Assembly: GCA_902587545.1 (NCBI GenBank)
Contig: CACILL010000001.1
Coordinates: 331,300 to 395,299, forward strand
DNA length: 64,000 nt
Direction: 5' to 3'
Source: an uncultured SAR86 cluster bacterium
Lineage (GTDB): Bacteria > Pseudomonadota > Gammaproteobacteria > Magnimaribacterales > AG-339-G14
In this document: positions 9,432 through 19,980 of the stretch, piece by piece
Layout of the letters: each line of letters begins with the position of its first letter
Numbering within the stretch: position 1 is the stretch's first letter
Notes under the pieces: generated by a model
The model's input: the letters and a program-made list of their open reading frames with translations, nothing else
What the model was told of the DNA's origin: nothing
The model's database searches: none
Made by a program: the position numbers and the translations under genes

Positions 9432-9986
9432 TTATTTTTTAAGTTCCGAAATTTTTGCTATCGAATGTATTTTAATGCCTTGCTCAGCATAAAACTCCTG
9501 AAAAGTTTTTCCCGAGTCATGAGGTTCTTCTCTATCCAAAGCTACTAATGCTCCCACAAAAGTCCCTCTATTGCTTTCAATGATTTCTATCGAGTTCTTA
9601 ATGGCAGTTCCAGCGGTTAAAACATCGTCTATCAATAAAGCTTTCTTTCCTTCCAAATTACCCATAATGGTTCCTCCTTCGCCGTGACTTTTCTCCTCCT
9701 TTCGATCAAAAGCTAAAGGAATATTTTTTTTTGTCGCTTCAAAATATTTTGTTGCAACAACTGATGCCAACGGAATGCCTTTGTAAGCGGGGCCAAAAAA
9801 TAAATCAAAATCTATTTTTAAGTCTAATATTTTTAATACATAGCAATCAGCTAAAAAAGAAAGAGATTCAGAATCAAAAAAAGCAGCAATATTAAAAAAA
9901 TAATCGCTTTCTATACCAGATTTCAGTTTAAAACTTCCAAACTTTAGGGCTTCTAATTCAATGGCTTTATCTAAAAAATCTTGCAT
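9432..9986 (-). CDS. pyrE: orotate phosphoribosyltransferase
   Basis: LKFGSFKLKSGIESDYFFN and PRPP-binding ALLIDDVLTAGTA. I prefer the ATG at 9986 (MQDFLDKAIE, collinear with E. coli PyrE) over the TTG at 10016 in the ORF track. Confidence 0.88.
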   Translation of the reverse strand: MQDFLDKAIELEALKFGSFKLKSGIESDYFFNIAAFFDSESLSFLADCYVLKILDLKIDFDLFFGPAYKGIPLASVVATKYFEATKKNIPLAFDRKEEKSHGEGGTIMGNLEGKKALLIDDVLTAGTAIKNSIEIIESNRGTFVGALVALDREEPHDSGKTFQEFYAEQGIKIHSIAKISELKK

Positions 9987-10015
9987 ATTGGTTTCAACGT
10001 TTCCATACTTTATCA

Positions 10016-10639
10016 ATGCCTGAAAATCTCCACAAACTTTTTGTTATTTCCAGTCCTTCGGGAGGCGGCAAAACTTCTTTAATAAATAAGCTTTTTGAAG
10101 ATACAAGATCTATGAACTTTAAAAAAAGTATTTCAGATACTACGAGACAAAAACGTGAGGGAGATATAAACGGTAGAGATTATTATTTTTTATCTGAAAA
10201 AGAGTTCAAAGATAAAATTGAAAAAGAAGAATATGTCGAATACGCAACTGTCTTTGGAAATTTCTATGGCACATCAAAGGAAGAAATCAAAACAAAATAC
10301 AATAACTCAAACCTAGTTCTAGAATTAGATTGGCAAGGAGCCTATGCTGTTAAAGAACTTTTTGATGATGCTCGGCTTATTTTTTTAGTTCCTCCGTCTC
10401 TAGAGGATTTAAAACAAAGACTCGTCACAAGAAATTTAGATTCTCCTGAGTCTATAGAAAATAGACTTTCGGAAGCAAAAAAAGAAATCAGTAAGTCTGA
10501 AATCTATGATTTTTTAATCTTAAATGATGATTTTGATAAAGCCTTTGAGGATCTTTCACAAATTCTTTTTGAAAGTATTTCTGCCTTAGATTTTGATTCA
10601 AGAGTACCTAAAGACTTGATTAAAAGATTAGTAGAATAA
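10016..10639 (+). CDS. gmk: guanylate kinase
   Basis: P-loop SPSGGGKTSL and TTRQKREGDINGRDYYF. Confidence 0.92.
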   Translation: MPENLHKLFVISSPSGGGKTSLINKLFEDTRSMNFKKSISDTTRQKREGDINGRDYYFLSEKEFKDKIEKEEYVEYATVFGNFYGTSKEEIKTKYNNSNLVLELDWQGAYAVKELFDDARLIFLVPPSLEDLKQRLVTRNLDSPESIENRLSEAKKEISKSEIYDFLILNDDFDKAFEDLSQILFESISALDFDSRVPKDLIKRLVE

Positions 10640-10683
10640 TCAATAAAAATTAAGTAGAATCCATCTCCTCAAGAGGTTAATGC

Positions 10684-10953
10684 ATGGCTAGAATTACTGT
10701 CGAAGATTGTTTAAAAAAAATCCCCAATAGATATGAAATGGTGAAACTTGCTGCAAAGCGAGTAAAGCAACTGGCTATAGATGGAAGAGAACCTACCATT
10801 GATCCTGAAGATGATAAGCCCACAGTAATTGCTCTTAGAGAAATTGCTGCTGGTACCGTAACTCTCGAAAACATAGATAGCTTCAATTTTGATGCCTTTG
10901 AAGAGGAACTCTCTGATCAACTGACCTCTGACGACGAAGAAGGCATAGAATAA
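10684..10953 (+). CDS. rpoZ: DNA-directed RNA polymerase subunit omega
   Basis: [30 protein letters not shown]. gmk-rpoZ-spoT context. Confidence 0.95.
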   Translation: MARITVEDCLKKIPNRYEMVKLAAKRVKQLAIDGREPTIDPEDDKPTVIALREIAAGTVTLENIDSFNFDAFEEELSDQLTSDDEEGIE

Positions 10954-10980
10954 CTTTTTTTTGGTAAACTCTCTTTGCTG

Positions 10981-13158
10981 ATGGCAACTGAGACAAACAA
11001 CCTTAATAAACTCACCAAAAACCTTGGAAAGTATCTTGACCAAGATCAGCTTGAACAAGTAAAAAAGGCTTATTTTTTTGCTGCAAATGCACATTCGGGT
11101 CAGTTTCGAGTGAGTGGAGATCCTTACGTATCGCACCCTCTTGCTGTTGCAGAAATACTAGGAAAATTAAAAATGGATCAAGACTGTCTGTCTGCTGCAA
11201 TGCTTCATGATGTTATTGAAGATTCAGGTATTCCCAAAACTTTTTTAAAGAAGGAATTTAATAAAGAAGTTGCAAACTTAGTTGATGGTGTTAGCAAGCT
11301 GGATAAAGTTGAACTAACTTCAAAAAAAGACTTGCAAGCTGAAAGCTTCCAAAAAATGGTTCTTGCAATGTCGGAAGACATAAGAGTCATTGTTGTAAAA
11401 CTTGCAGATAGATTGCACAACATGAGAACAATAAAATTCCTAAATAAAGAAAAAAAATTAAGAATAGCTAATGAAACCCTTGAAATTTATGCGCCAATCG
11501 CTCACAGATTAGGAATGCATCAAATTTATAGGGAACTTGAAGATTTGGCCTTTGAAATTTTATATCCTCTGAGGTTTAGAGTTATCGAGGAAGCTGTAAA
11601 AAATAACACCAGAGGAAGAAAAAAGATTCTAAAAAAAGTTGAAACTTCCATAAGTCAAAAATTGCAAGAGCAAGAATTGGATTGTGCTATTTCCAGTAGA
11701 AGAAAGCATTTTTATGGTATCTATAAAAAAATGAAAAGACAGTCCAAAACTTTAAATGAAGTTTTGGATGTTTATGCTCTGAAAATCACCACATCAAATG
11801 CTATGGATTGTTATAAGGCTTTAGGTGTAATACATAATGCCTTTAATCCCATCGAAGGAAGATTCAAGGACTATATAGCCATACCGAAATCCAATTCTTA
11901 TCAATCACTGCATACCGGAATCATGACTTTTGAAGGACTGCCTGTAGAAATTCAGATTAGAACCAGTGAAATGGATGAATTGGCCGAGTTTGGAATAGCG
12001 GCACATTGGGTTTATAAATCTGGTGAAAAGGATAACCCGGTTCAAGCCAGAGCGAGGAGGTGGGTTAATGGCTTGATGGAAATCAATGCTCGATCAGAAG
12101 ATGCCTCAGATTTTGTTGAAGTTATCAAAACAGGATTGGTATCCAATGAAGTGTACGTTTTTACTCCTCAAGGAGACATCATCGATTTACCTAAAGATTC
12201 AACGCCGGTAGATTTCGCCTTCGCTTTGCATTCAGATATCGGACTGCATTGCAGCGGTTGTAGAATTAACAAGAACCTTGCTCCACTGAGTGTTCCTTTA
12301 GAAAGTGGTCAGACAGTAGAGATTATTACGGATAAAGTTCCCCAAACAAACCCAAGCTGGCTAGATTTCATCAGGACTTCCAGAGCAAGGTCAGCTATAC
12401 GCCATAATTTGAAGAATCTCAAAGAGTCAGAGTCAAGAAAATTTGGAAAACGGCTTTTAGAACAATCCTTATTTCCTCACCAAACAAAACTAAGAGATGT
12501 TCCAAAAAATAAAATGAAAAAGCTTCTCACCTCCTTAAACTATAAAAGCGTGAGAGAACTCCTTGAAAGCATTGGCTCGGGAAAAAGATCCAGTCTGGTT
12601 GTTGCCCATCAAATAATGCAATTTCTCGACGAGAAAGAAAATGAAGAAATTCAATTCTCTAACTTACAAATTACAGGTGCTGAAGGTTTGGTAGTAACTT
12701 ATTCAAGTTGCTGTCGTCCTATTCCTGGAGATCACGTAATAGCACACTTTTCAACAAGTAGAGGTATTGTTATTCACCAAGAAAGATGTAAAAACATCTT
12801 ACCAATTCGTCATGACCCTGCCTTGTGTTCTCCGGTACAGTGGGAAGATACTCTGTCAGGAGACTTTTCAGTAGAGATAAAAATTGTTGCAGAAGATAAA
12901 GCTGGAATACTTGCAGAAGTTTCAGCGGTAATCGCAGAGTACTCAACTAACATTGAAAGTATAAAAAGTGATCCTCCTGCTGGAAACAAAGTGGATCTCT
13001 ATATTCTGCTCGCAGTAACGGATAGGGATCATTTGGCTAAAATATTAAGAAGATTGCGTCGAAAAGACTTTGTCATATCAGCAACAAGAATACATAGCTG
13101 GGAGCAAAGAAATGCTACGCTTCCAATTATTGAAGAGGAAATAAGTGAAGATAATTGA
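10981..13158 (+). CDS. spoT: bifunctional (p)ppGpp synthetase/hydrolase
   Basis: HD hydrolase motifs (HPLAVAEIL, HDVIEDS), synthetase motif RFKDYIAIPKSNSYQSLHT, and TGS and C-terminal ACT-like regions. The start is either ATG 10981 or TTG 10975. Confidence 0.9.
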   Translation: MATETNNLNKLTKNLGKYLDQDQLEQVKKAYFFAANAHSGQFRVSGDPYVSHPLAVAEILGKLKMDQDCLSAAMLHDVIEDSGIPKTFLKKEFNKEVANLVDGVSKLDKVELTSKKDLQAESFQKMVLAMSEDIRVIVVKLADRLHNMRTIKFLNKEKKLRIANETLEIYAPIAHRLGMHQIYRELEDLAFEILYPLRFRVIEEAVKNNTRGRKKILKKVETSISQKLQEQELDCAISSRRKHFYGIYKKMKRQSKTLNEVLDVYALKITTSNAMDCYKALGVIHNAFNPIEGRFKDYIAIPKSNSYQSLHTGIMTFEGLPVEIQIRTSEMDELAEFGIAAHWVYKSGEKDNPVQARARRWVNGLMEINARSEDASDFVEVIKTGLVSNEVYVFTPQGDIIDLPKDSTPVDFAFALHSDIGLHCSGCRINKNLAPLSVPLESGQTVEIITDKVPQTNPSWLDFIRTSRARSAIRHNLKNLKESESRKFGKRLLEQSLFPHQTKLRDVPKNKMKKLLTSLNYKSVRELLESIGSGKRSSLVVAHQIMQFLDEKENEEIQFSNLQITGAEGLVVTYSSCCRPIPGDHVIAHFSTSRGIVIHQERCKNILPIRHDPALCSPVQWEDTLSGDFSVEIKIVAEDKAGILAEVSAVIAEYSTNIESIKSDPPAGNKVDLYILLAVTDRDHLAKILRRLRRKDFVISATRIHSWEQRNATLPIIEEEISEDN

Positions 13159-13519
13159 AACGGATAATGCTCCAAAGGCCATTGGGACTTACTCCCAAGC
13201 AGTGAAGGTTAATGGCTTTTTATTTATTTCAGGTCAGATACCCTTAGACCCTTCAACGATGGAATTGGTTGAAGGAATTGAAAATCAAATCAATCAAGTT
13301 TTTGAAAACATCAACCAAATTTTAAAAGCCGACGGAATGGATTTTTCAAATGTAGTTAAACTTTCTGTATTGCTTAAAGACTTAAGTCACTTTGAGAAAG
13401 TAAATGAAATAATGGCCAGCATATTCTTGAAACCCTACCCCGCAAGAGCTGCATATGAAGTATCAAAATTACCAAAAGGAAGTTCAGTAGAAATCGAAAC
13501 TATTGCTTTTAAAGAGTGA
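13145..13519 (+). CDS. ridA: RidA/YjgF-family reactive enamine/imine deaminase
   Basis: APKAIGTYSQAV and PARAAYEVSKLPKGSSVEIE. GTG start with GAGGAA 5 nt upstream. Position between spoT and recG as in pseudomonads. Confidence 0.85.
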   Translation: MKIIETDNAPKAIGTYSQAVKVNGFLFISGQIPLDPSTMELVEGIENQINQVFENINQILKADGMDFSNVVKLSVLLKDLSHFEKVNEIMASIFLKPYPARAAYEVSKLPKGSSVEIETIAFKE

Positions 13520-15609
13520 AAAGCAAACCACTTCAAAAAAACATCACTGAAATAAAAGGGGTTGGTCCCAAAGTTAGAGAAGAACTAAATAAAATTGGTA
13601 TTAACTATATCCAAGACGCTCTCTTTTTATTACCTAAGAAATACGAAAATCGAACGAAATTAACTTCCATAAAAGATTTAACTCCAGGAGAGGCGTTTCA
13701 GTTTGAAGGTGAAATTCTTGAAAGCAAGACCATATTTCCAGGCAGAAGATCTTTTATGGCAAGAATATCTGACGGCACAGGATTTTTACAAATTAGGTTA
13801 TTTTATTTTTCATTTGCTCAAGCTAAAGCTTTTAAAGTTGGTCTACATGTTAGAGGCTATGGTGTTATAAGGACCAATGGCTCTTTGCTTCAAGTGTTTC
13901 ATCCAAGCTATAAAATCTTTGCATCATCCAAGAGACCTATTTTAGACAATACCCTGACGCCAATTTATTCTCTTGGTTCTACAAAACTGACCCAATTTAG
14001 AGCAAGAAACATAATTAAAGAATGTTTAAAAGAAATTGAGGAACTAAATCTCAACGAAAAGGAGATTGATTCAATATTTAAACAACAAAAAATAAGCTCT
14101 TTATCTATTAAAGATGCCTTGCTGAAAATTCATAGTCCTTCTGTTGAAGATGACATTATTAAAATCAATAGTTACAAACACGAGGCTCAAGAACGTTTAA
14201 TAGTAGAAGAATTAGCTACGAATCTAATTGGAGTCAAAATCGCCTCCGAAAAAATAAACAAGCTTAAAGCAAAACAAATGCCAATTTCCACAGAAGAAGT
14301 AAAGTCATTTAAAGAAAATTTACCTTTCAAATTAACCAATGCCCAAGAAAGAACAATCAAAGAAATTTCAGATGATATATCTCTTGCCAAGCCTATGAGA
14401 AGATTGGTCCAAGGTGATGTGGGATCAGGAAAAACAGTAGTAGCAGCTGTAAGCATGTATATCTCTGCAAAAAATGACACTCAATCTGTTCTGCTTTGTC
14501 CCACAGAGGTTTTAGCTGAACAACATTTCAAAAATTTTTCAGCATGGTTTAAAAGCTCAAATATAAAAATTGAATTATTAACTGGAAAAATGCCTGTTTC
14601 GAAAAGAAGAGGAATCTATCAGGACTTAGAAGATGGCGAAATTGATATTTTGATTGGTACGCATGCAGTCTTTCAAGATAAAGTGAAAGTGAAAAATCTT
14701 GGTCTTGTGGTAGTTGATGAACAACAAAGATTTGGTGTAAAGCAAAGATTTGATTTGGTTAAGAAAAGTTCCGACCAAATAATGCCACACCAATTATTTA
14801 TGACAGCTACGCCCATACCAAGAACCTTAGCAATGACAATTTTTGCTGATCTGGAAACTTCGAAAATTGATGAATTGCCGCCAGGCAGAAAACCAGTAGA
14901 AACTTTGGTTTACAGTGATAAGAAAAAAGACGAAATAGTAAAAAGATTGGAGAACGTATGTAAATCCGGTAATCAAGTTTTTTGGCTTTGTACTATGATT
15001 GAAGAATCTGAAAATCTAGATGTTCAAGCAGCTGATGAGGCTAAAGAATGGATTAAGGAAAATACTAATGGTTTGAATATTGGCCTTGTGCATAGCAAAC
15101 TTTCAAAAGAGCAAAGAGATAAGGCAATAGAAAATTTCAGAAGTGGAAAAACCGATGTATTGGTCTGTACGACTGTTATTGAAGTTGGCATGGATGTCCC
15201 TAATGCTAGCTTGATGGTTATTGAAAATGCCGAAAGACTGGGTTTGAGTCAATTACATCAATTAAGGGGAAGAGTCGGAAGGAAAGCAGATTTAGATGCT
15301 TATTGTGTTTTGATTTATCACGGAGAGATTGGTGAAATTGCTAAGGCTAGACTTGAAGCGATGAAATCTACAAATGATGGTTTTGAAATCTCAGAAATTG
15401 ATATGAAGTTGAGAGGCACCGGAGAAATTTTAGGCACCAAACAATCTGGAGGAATAGAACTTAAAATCTCAGATTTATCTAGAGATGCTCATTTAATAAA
15501 AAAAGCAGAAAAACTGGTGAAAAGTTTAAATCAAAAAGATGAGGAGATATCTAAAATTCTTCTTGATAGGTGGCTAGGCGATAAACAAAATTTGATTATC
15601 GCCCAGTAA
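13516..15609 (+). CDS. recG: ATP-dependent DNA helicase RecG
   Basis: Walker [16 protein letters not shown], and [15 protein letters not shown] start/stop overlap with ridA. Confidence 0.95.
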   Translation: MKSKPLQKNITEIKGVGPKVREELNKIGINYIQDALFLLPKKYENRTKLTSIKDLTPGEAFQFEGEILESKTIFPGRRSFMARISDGTGFLQIRLFYFSFAQAKAFKVGLHVRGYGVIRTNGSLLQVFHPSYKIFASSKRPILDNTLTPIYSLGSTKLTQFRARNIIKECLKEIEELNLNEKEIDSIFKQQKISSLSIKDALLKIHSPSVEDDIIKINSYKHEAQERLIVEELATNLIGVKIASEKINKLKAKQMPISTEEVKSFKENLPFKLTNAQERTIKEISDDISLAKPMRRLVQGDVGSGKTVVAAVSMYISAKNDTQSVLLCPTEVLAEQHFKNFSAWFKSSNIKIELLTGKMPVSKRRGIYQDLEDGEIDILIGTHAVFQDKVKVKNLGLVVVDEQQRFGVKQRFDLVKKSSDQIMPHQLFMTATPIPRTLAMTIFADLETSKIDELPPGRKPVETLVYSDKKKDEIVKRLENVCKSGNQVFWLCTMIEESENLDVQAADEAKEWIKENTNGLNIGLVHSKLSKEQRDKAIENFRSGKTDVLVCTTVIEVGMDVPNASLMVIENAERLGLSQLHQLRGRVGRKADLDAYCVLIYHGEIGEIAKARLEAMKSTNDGFEISEIDMKLRGTGEILGTKQSGGIELKISDLSRDAHLIKKAEKLVKSLNQKDEEISKILLDRWLGDKQNLIIAQ

Positions 15610-15616
15610 GAAAAAT

Positions 15617-17599
15617 TTATAGCAATGGGGAAATAACTAAACTAACTATTGCCATTACATTAATAAGGATATTCATTGAAGGCCCTGAAGTATCTTTAAA
15701 TGGATCTCCTACAGTATCTCCAACGACGGCTGCCGAATGAGTATCGGTACCCTTCCCTCCAAGGTTTCCTTTTTCGATATATTTTTTTGCGTTATCCCAA
15801 GCTCCACCGGCATTAGCCATCATTAAGGCCATCGCAACACATCCAATTAGTCCACCGCCAAGCATACCGCCCAAAGATTCTGCACCTAAACCAAAACCTA
15901 CTACAGCAGGCGCACCTACCGCGATAACGCCTGGAATGAGCATTCTTTTCAAAGCTGCTGAGGTTGCAATATCAACACATTTCGCAGTATCTGGTTCTGC
16001 ATTTCCTTCAAGTAAGCCTGGAATCTCCCTAAACTGTCTTCTGATTTCATTGATCATTTCAAAGGCAGCGTCTCCTACTGCAGTCATTGTGATTGAAGAA
16101 ATTAAGAAAGGAATTGAGATACCAATGAACATTCCTACTAAAACGCGTGGATCTGAGAGAAGCAGCTCAAACTCTCCTTTATTATGAGCAACCGTTTCTA
16201 CGAAGGCTGCGATAATAGCCAAAGCTGCTAATGCAGCTGCACCAATTGCAAAACCTTTTCCTATAGCTGCAGTTGAATTTCCAACTTCATCTAAGCCATC
16301 AGTAATTTCTCTGGTCTCAGGACCCATACCAGCCATTTCTGCTATACCTCCAGCATTGTCTGCAACAGGTCCGTAAGCATCTATGGCCATGGTTATCCCA
16401 ACTGTAGCAAGCATTCCTACGGCAGCTATTCCAACACCGTATAGACCAGTCAAACTTGTTGATATCCAAATTATTGTTGCAAGCACGAGGATTGGAAGAA
16501 CCACAGATTGCATACCAACAGCTAATCCAGTGATCATTACAGTTGCTGGACCAGTCTCTCCTGATTTGGCAATCTGCCTAATTGGACTGCTTCCAGTGTA
16601 ATACTCGGTAATTAATCCTATGAGAACTCCTCCGACTGCGCCAGTGAGAACAGCAAGCCAAATATTAACAAAACCTTCTCCGATGAATAATTGGATTAGA
16701 AAATATGCGGCTATGATAAATAAAACTGCCGATCCTATGGTGCCTGTTCGTAAGGCAGCATCAGGAGACATAGAAGAGAATGCTTTGACAATAACTATTC
16801 CCAGAACTGAAGCTATCAGCCCAACAGAAGCAAGCGCAAGAGGTAAAAGCATCATTCCTGAATCATCTAATGTTGATGCAATGGCAATTGAAGCAATCAT
16901 TGCTCCGCAATAAGATTCAAAAATATCAGAACCCATTCCAGCAACATCACCAACATTGTCGCCAACGTTATCGGCAATTACACCTGGATTTCTTGGGTCG
17001 TCTTCAGGAATTCCTGCTTCAACCTTACCCACTAAATCAGCGCCAACATCGGCACTTTTGGTATAAATTCCACCACCTACTCTTGAGAATAACGCTACAC
17101 AGGATGCTCCCATTCCAAATCCTTCGATAGCTCTTGCAGTGGCTGGATCTCCTCCAAAGTAAAAATACAATCCTCCTAAGCCAACTAGTCCTAGAGAAGC
17201 TACACACAAACCCATAATCGATCCACCATAAAAGGCAATTGAAAGAGCTACTTTTGAACCTTTTTCGGCTGCAGCAGTTGCTGTTCTGGAGTTTGCTTTA
17301 GTAGCAGAAAACATACCCAGCCAACCTGCTAAAGAGGAGGAAAGAGCTCCTGCTGTAACTGCAAGCGCAGTGTTAAAACCAAGGGCAAAATAGGATAATG
17401 CGATTAAAACTAAAACAAAGAAAAATAAATATGTATATTCTCGGCGCATAAAGACCATCGCCCCTAAGTGTATTTGGTCAGCAATTTTTTTTACTTTTTC
17501 AGAACCTTCGTCATAACTGACAACAATAAAATAAATAACTAAAGCAATTAACAAACCGAAAAGGCCGAAAATTGGCGGCATAGAAATGTAAGTTTCCAT
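15617..17599 (-). CDS. hppA: membrane-integral ion-translocating pyrophosphatase (K+-dependent type by motif)
   Basis: [26 protein letters not shown], and [14 protein letters not shown]. The Ala rather than Lys in the last motif is the established marker of K+-stimulated enzymes. Confidence 0.93.
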   Translation of the reverse strand: METYISMPPIFGLFGLLIALVIYFIVVSYDEGSEKVKKIADQIHLGAMVFMRREYTYLFFFVLVLIALSYFALGFNTALAVTAGALSSSLAGWLGMFSATKANSRTATAAAEKGSKVALSIAFYGGSIMGLCVASLGLVGLGGLYFYFGGDPATARAIEGFGMGASCVALFSRVGGGIYTKSADVGADLVGKVEAGIPEDDPRNPGVIADNVGDNVGDVAGMGSDIFESYCGAMIASIAIASTLDDSGMMLLPLALASVGLIASVLGIVIVKAFSSMSPDAALRTGTIGSAVLFIIAAYFLIQLFIGEGFVNIWLAVLTGAVGGVLIGLITEYYTGSSPIRQIAKSGETGPATVMITGLAVGMQSVVLPILVLATIIWISTSLTGLYGVGIAAVGMLATVGITMAIDAYGPVADNAGGIAEMAGMGPETREITDGLDEVGNSTAAIGKGFAIGAAALAALAIIAAFVETVAHNKGEFELLLSDPRVLVGMFIGISIPFLISSITMTAVGDAAFEMINEIRRQFREIPGLLEGNAEPDTAKCVDIATSAALKRMLIPGVIAVGAPAVVGFGLGAESLGGMLGGGLIGCVAMALMMANAGGAWDNAKKYIEKGNLGGKGTDTHSAAVVGDTVGDPFKDTSGPSMNILINVMAIVSLVISPLL

Positions 17600-17652
17600 A
17601 AGTGACTCTCCCGAGAATAAAAACGCTAATTTACCAGATTAGTAACTATTTT

Positions 17653-18888
17653 TTAACTAATAAAATCCTTTCTTGAGAGCTGATTTTCTGAATTTGCAAC
17701 AATGCAAGAGATAGTGGCATCTCCTGAAACATTTACCGCTGTTCTTAACATATCTAACAATCTATCAACGCCAATGATTAAAGCGATTCCTTCAACTGGC
17801 AACCCTACCTGTTGAAGAACCATGGCTAACATGATGAGTCCTACTCCGGGAACTCCAGCAGTTCCGATTGAGGCTAAAGTTGCTGTGATAATAACCATTA
17901 AATATTCCATCATGCTCAAATCAACTTGATATACCTGAGCAATGAATACCGTTGCAACACCCTGCATGATTGCAGTGCCATCCATGTTTATGGTTGTTCC
18001 CAAAGGAATACAAAAGGAACTTACAGACTTATCGACGCCGAGCTTTTCTTCTACAGTTTTCAAAGTTACCGGCATGGTTGCACTGCTTGAAGATGTGCTA
18101 AAGGCAAAAATAATAGCTTCTCTCATTTTTGAGAAAAAAATAAAAGGATTAATTTTTGCTAACGAAGTTAGTAATACGCTGTAAGTAAAAACTGCATGAA
18201 AAATTAAGACTCCTACAACAATTAGAAAGTAGTTAATCAAAGTAAAAATAATTGATATTCCCAAAGACGAAAAAGTTGAAAATATCAAACAAAACACTCC
18301 AACTGGAGAAAGCCAAATTACAAAATTAACAATGTTTAAGATAATCTCATTTAAATCTATGAAGAACGATCTTACTTTAGAAGTGTCGTTTGAAATTTTA
18401 TTAACACCATAGCCAAATAACATAGCAAATATTATTATCTGAATCATATTACCCGCTGCCATAGCTTCAATTGGATTGCTGGGAAATAAATTTACAAAAG
18501 TATCTTTTAGAGATGGAATAGCATCTTGTTCAAAAGTCGAATCACTTACCATGCTGACACCATTTGCCATTTCAAAGAAAGAACTCACAAATAAAGCGCT
18601 AATGATTGCCAATGCAGTAGTGAACAAATAGAGTGCAATTGCTTTAGAGCTGATAGACAGGAGTTGCTTATCAGAAGTTAGGTTTGAAACTCCCACAACC
18701 AAAGACACAAAAACCAATGGAACAACCAGTAATTTAAGAAGAGAAAGAAAAATAATTCCTAGGGCATCAATAAATTCTGAAAAGAAATTTAAAAAGCTAG
18801 GTAAATTATCTTGAAAGACAGAATTGGAGATACTTCCTAAAATTATTCCGAGAAGCATCCCTAGAAGGATTTTTGCGGTTAAAGACAT
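17653..18888 (-). CDS. dicarboxylate/amino acid:cation symporter (DAACS family)
   Basis: SSSATMP signature (FSTSSSSATMPVTL). 411 aa polytopic protein. Confidence 0.85.
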   Translation of the reverse strand: MSLTAKILLGMLLGIILGSISNSVFQDNLPSFLNFFSEFIDALGIIFLSLLKLLVVPLVFVSLVVGVSNLTSDKQLLSISSKAIALYLFTTALAIISALFVSSFFEMANGVSMVSDSTFEQDAIPSLKDTFVNLFPSNPIEAMAAGNMIQIIIFAMLFGYGVNKISNDTSKVRSFFIDLNEIILNIVNFVIWLSPVGVFCLIFSTFSSLGISIIFTLINYFLIVVGVLIFHAVFTYSVLLTSLAKINPFIFFSKMREAIIFAFSTSSSSATMPVTLKTVEEKLGVDKSVSSFCIPLGTTINMDGTAIMQGVATVFIAQVYQVDLSMMEYLMVIITATLASIGTAGVPGVGLIMLAMVLQQVGLPVEGIALIIGVDRLLDMLRTAVNVSGDATISCIVANSENQLSRKDFIS

Positions 18889-18894
18889 TTGAGA

Positions 18895-19086
18895 TTAGTA
18901 GCTTTTTCCGCCCTCAATAGGAACCATCTCAAAATCTTCTTTTCCAACTCCGCAGTCAGGACAAACCCAGTCAAAAGGAACATCTTCCCATTTTGTTCCA
19001 GGTTCAATGCCGTCTTCAGGCCAACCTTCTGCTTCATCGTAAATCAATCCGCAGACAATGCATTCCCACTTAATGTATTCTTCCAT
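18895..19086 (-). CDS. rubA: rubredoxin
   Basis: Two CxxC knuckles (CIVCG and CPDCG) with the classical [12 protein letters not shown]...[13 protein letters not shown] pattern. 63 aa. Confidence 0.9.
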   Translation of the reverse strand: MEEYIKWECIVCGLIYDEAEGWPEDGIEPGTKWEDVPFDWVCPDCGVGKEDFEMVPIEGGKSY

Positions 19087-19128
19087 AACTAAATAAGTTT
19101 AAATCTTTACGAGGATTGGATTATATTC

Positions 19129-19980
19129 ATGTTGAGCGTTTTAAAAAACTATTTTTTCCTTCTAAGACTAGATAAACCCATTGGAGTGTATCTGCTTTTA
19201 TGGCCCTCTTTAGCCGCAGTGTGGCTTGCCTCTGAGGGCAATCCAGGGCTTTTAATAATTATAATTTTTTGTCTTGGAAGTTTCTTCATGAGATCAGCAG
19301 GAGTAATCATCAATGATTACTTTGATCAAGATATCGATAGAAAGGTATTGAGAACATTTAATAGGCCTATAGCTAATTTTTCTGTCTCAAATAAAGAAGC
19401 CCTTGCCTTGTTTTCAATATTGTTGATTTTGTCATCAAGTTTGCTTCTTTTTTTAAATCTCAAAAGTTTATACATAGCATTATTCTGTATTCTGTTAATT
19501 TCTACCTATCCTCTGATGAAAAGATTATTACCAATTCCACAACTTTACTTAGGGATATGTTATTCCATGGGAATATTTATGGCTTATGCATTTTATCAAG
19601 AAGCATTTCCTTTAAATTGTTGGTTGTTGTTTCTTGGGAATATTTTTTGGGTACTTGCCTACGATACAGTTTACGCATTGTCAGACAGACAAGATGATTT
19701 GTTAATCAACGTAAAAAGCTCCGCAATTTATTTTCAAGGCAAAGAAAAGTTAGTTTTATGGATGAGTTATTTTTTACTTATAACTTTTCTTCTTTTAATA
19801 GGAATTTTTAATTCCTTTTCTTTATTATATTTTTTTGCAGTATCAGCAAATATTTTATTGATCCTTTATTTGATGATCGCTACTAATTTTGACAAACCCT
19901 CGGATTGTTCGAAATTTTTTAGAAAAAACCATTGGCTGGGTATAGGAATATTTTTAAGCTTTGTTGCTGCTTTTGTGTAA
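19129..19980 (+). CDS. ubiA: 4-hydroxybenzoate polyprenyltransferase
   Basis: Asp-rich motifs NDYFDQDIDRKV and YDTVYALSDRQDD. Polytopic membrane protein. Confidence 0.9.
   Translation: MLSVLKNYFFLLRLDKPIGVYLLLWPSLAAVWLASEGNPGLLIIIIFCLGSFFMRSAGVIINDYFDQDIDRKVLRTFNRPIANFSVSNKEALALFSILLILSSSLLLFLNLKSLYIALFCILLISTYPLMKRLLPIPQLYLGICYSMGIFMAYAFYQEAFPLNCWLLFLGNIFWVLAYDTVYALSDRQDDLLINVKSSAIYFQGKEKLVLWMSYFLLITFLLLIGIFNSFSLLYFFAVSANILLILYLMIATNFDKPSDCSKFFRKNHWLGIGIFLSFVAAFV

Noticed and set aside
10711-11136. 141-aa minus-strand ORF spanning rpoZ and the spoT 5' end, plus smaller ones at 10677-10886, 11012-11200 and 11205-11423
   Set aside because: They are antisense to two highly conserved genes and have no recognisable motifs. 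They are shadow ORFs of an AT-rich sequence.
15936-17130. Four plus-strand ORFs (15936-16187, 16383-16601, 16620-16913, 16870-17130) inside the hppA region
   Set aside because: All are antisense to a full-length, motif-perfect H+/Na+-PPase gene. Their translations are low-complexity (Pro/Thr/Ile/Ala-rich mirror images of a Gly/Ala/Val-rich membrane protein) and have no start context. They are typical shadow ORFs.
18889-19092. 67-aa plus-strand ORF exactly mirroring the rubredoxin gene
   Set aside because: The minus-strand product has both CxxC knuckles and the canonical rubredoxin sequence. The plus-strand product has none.
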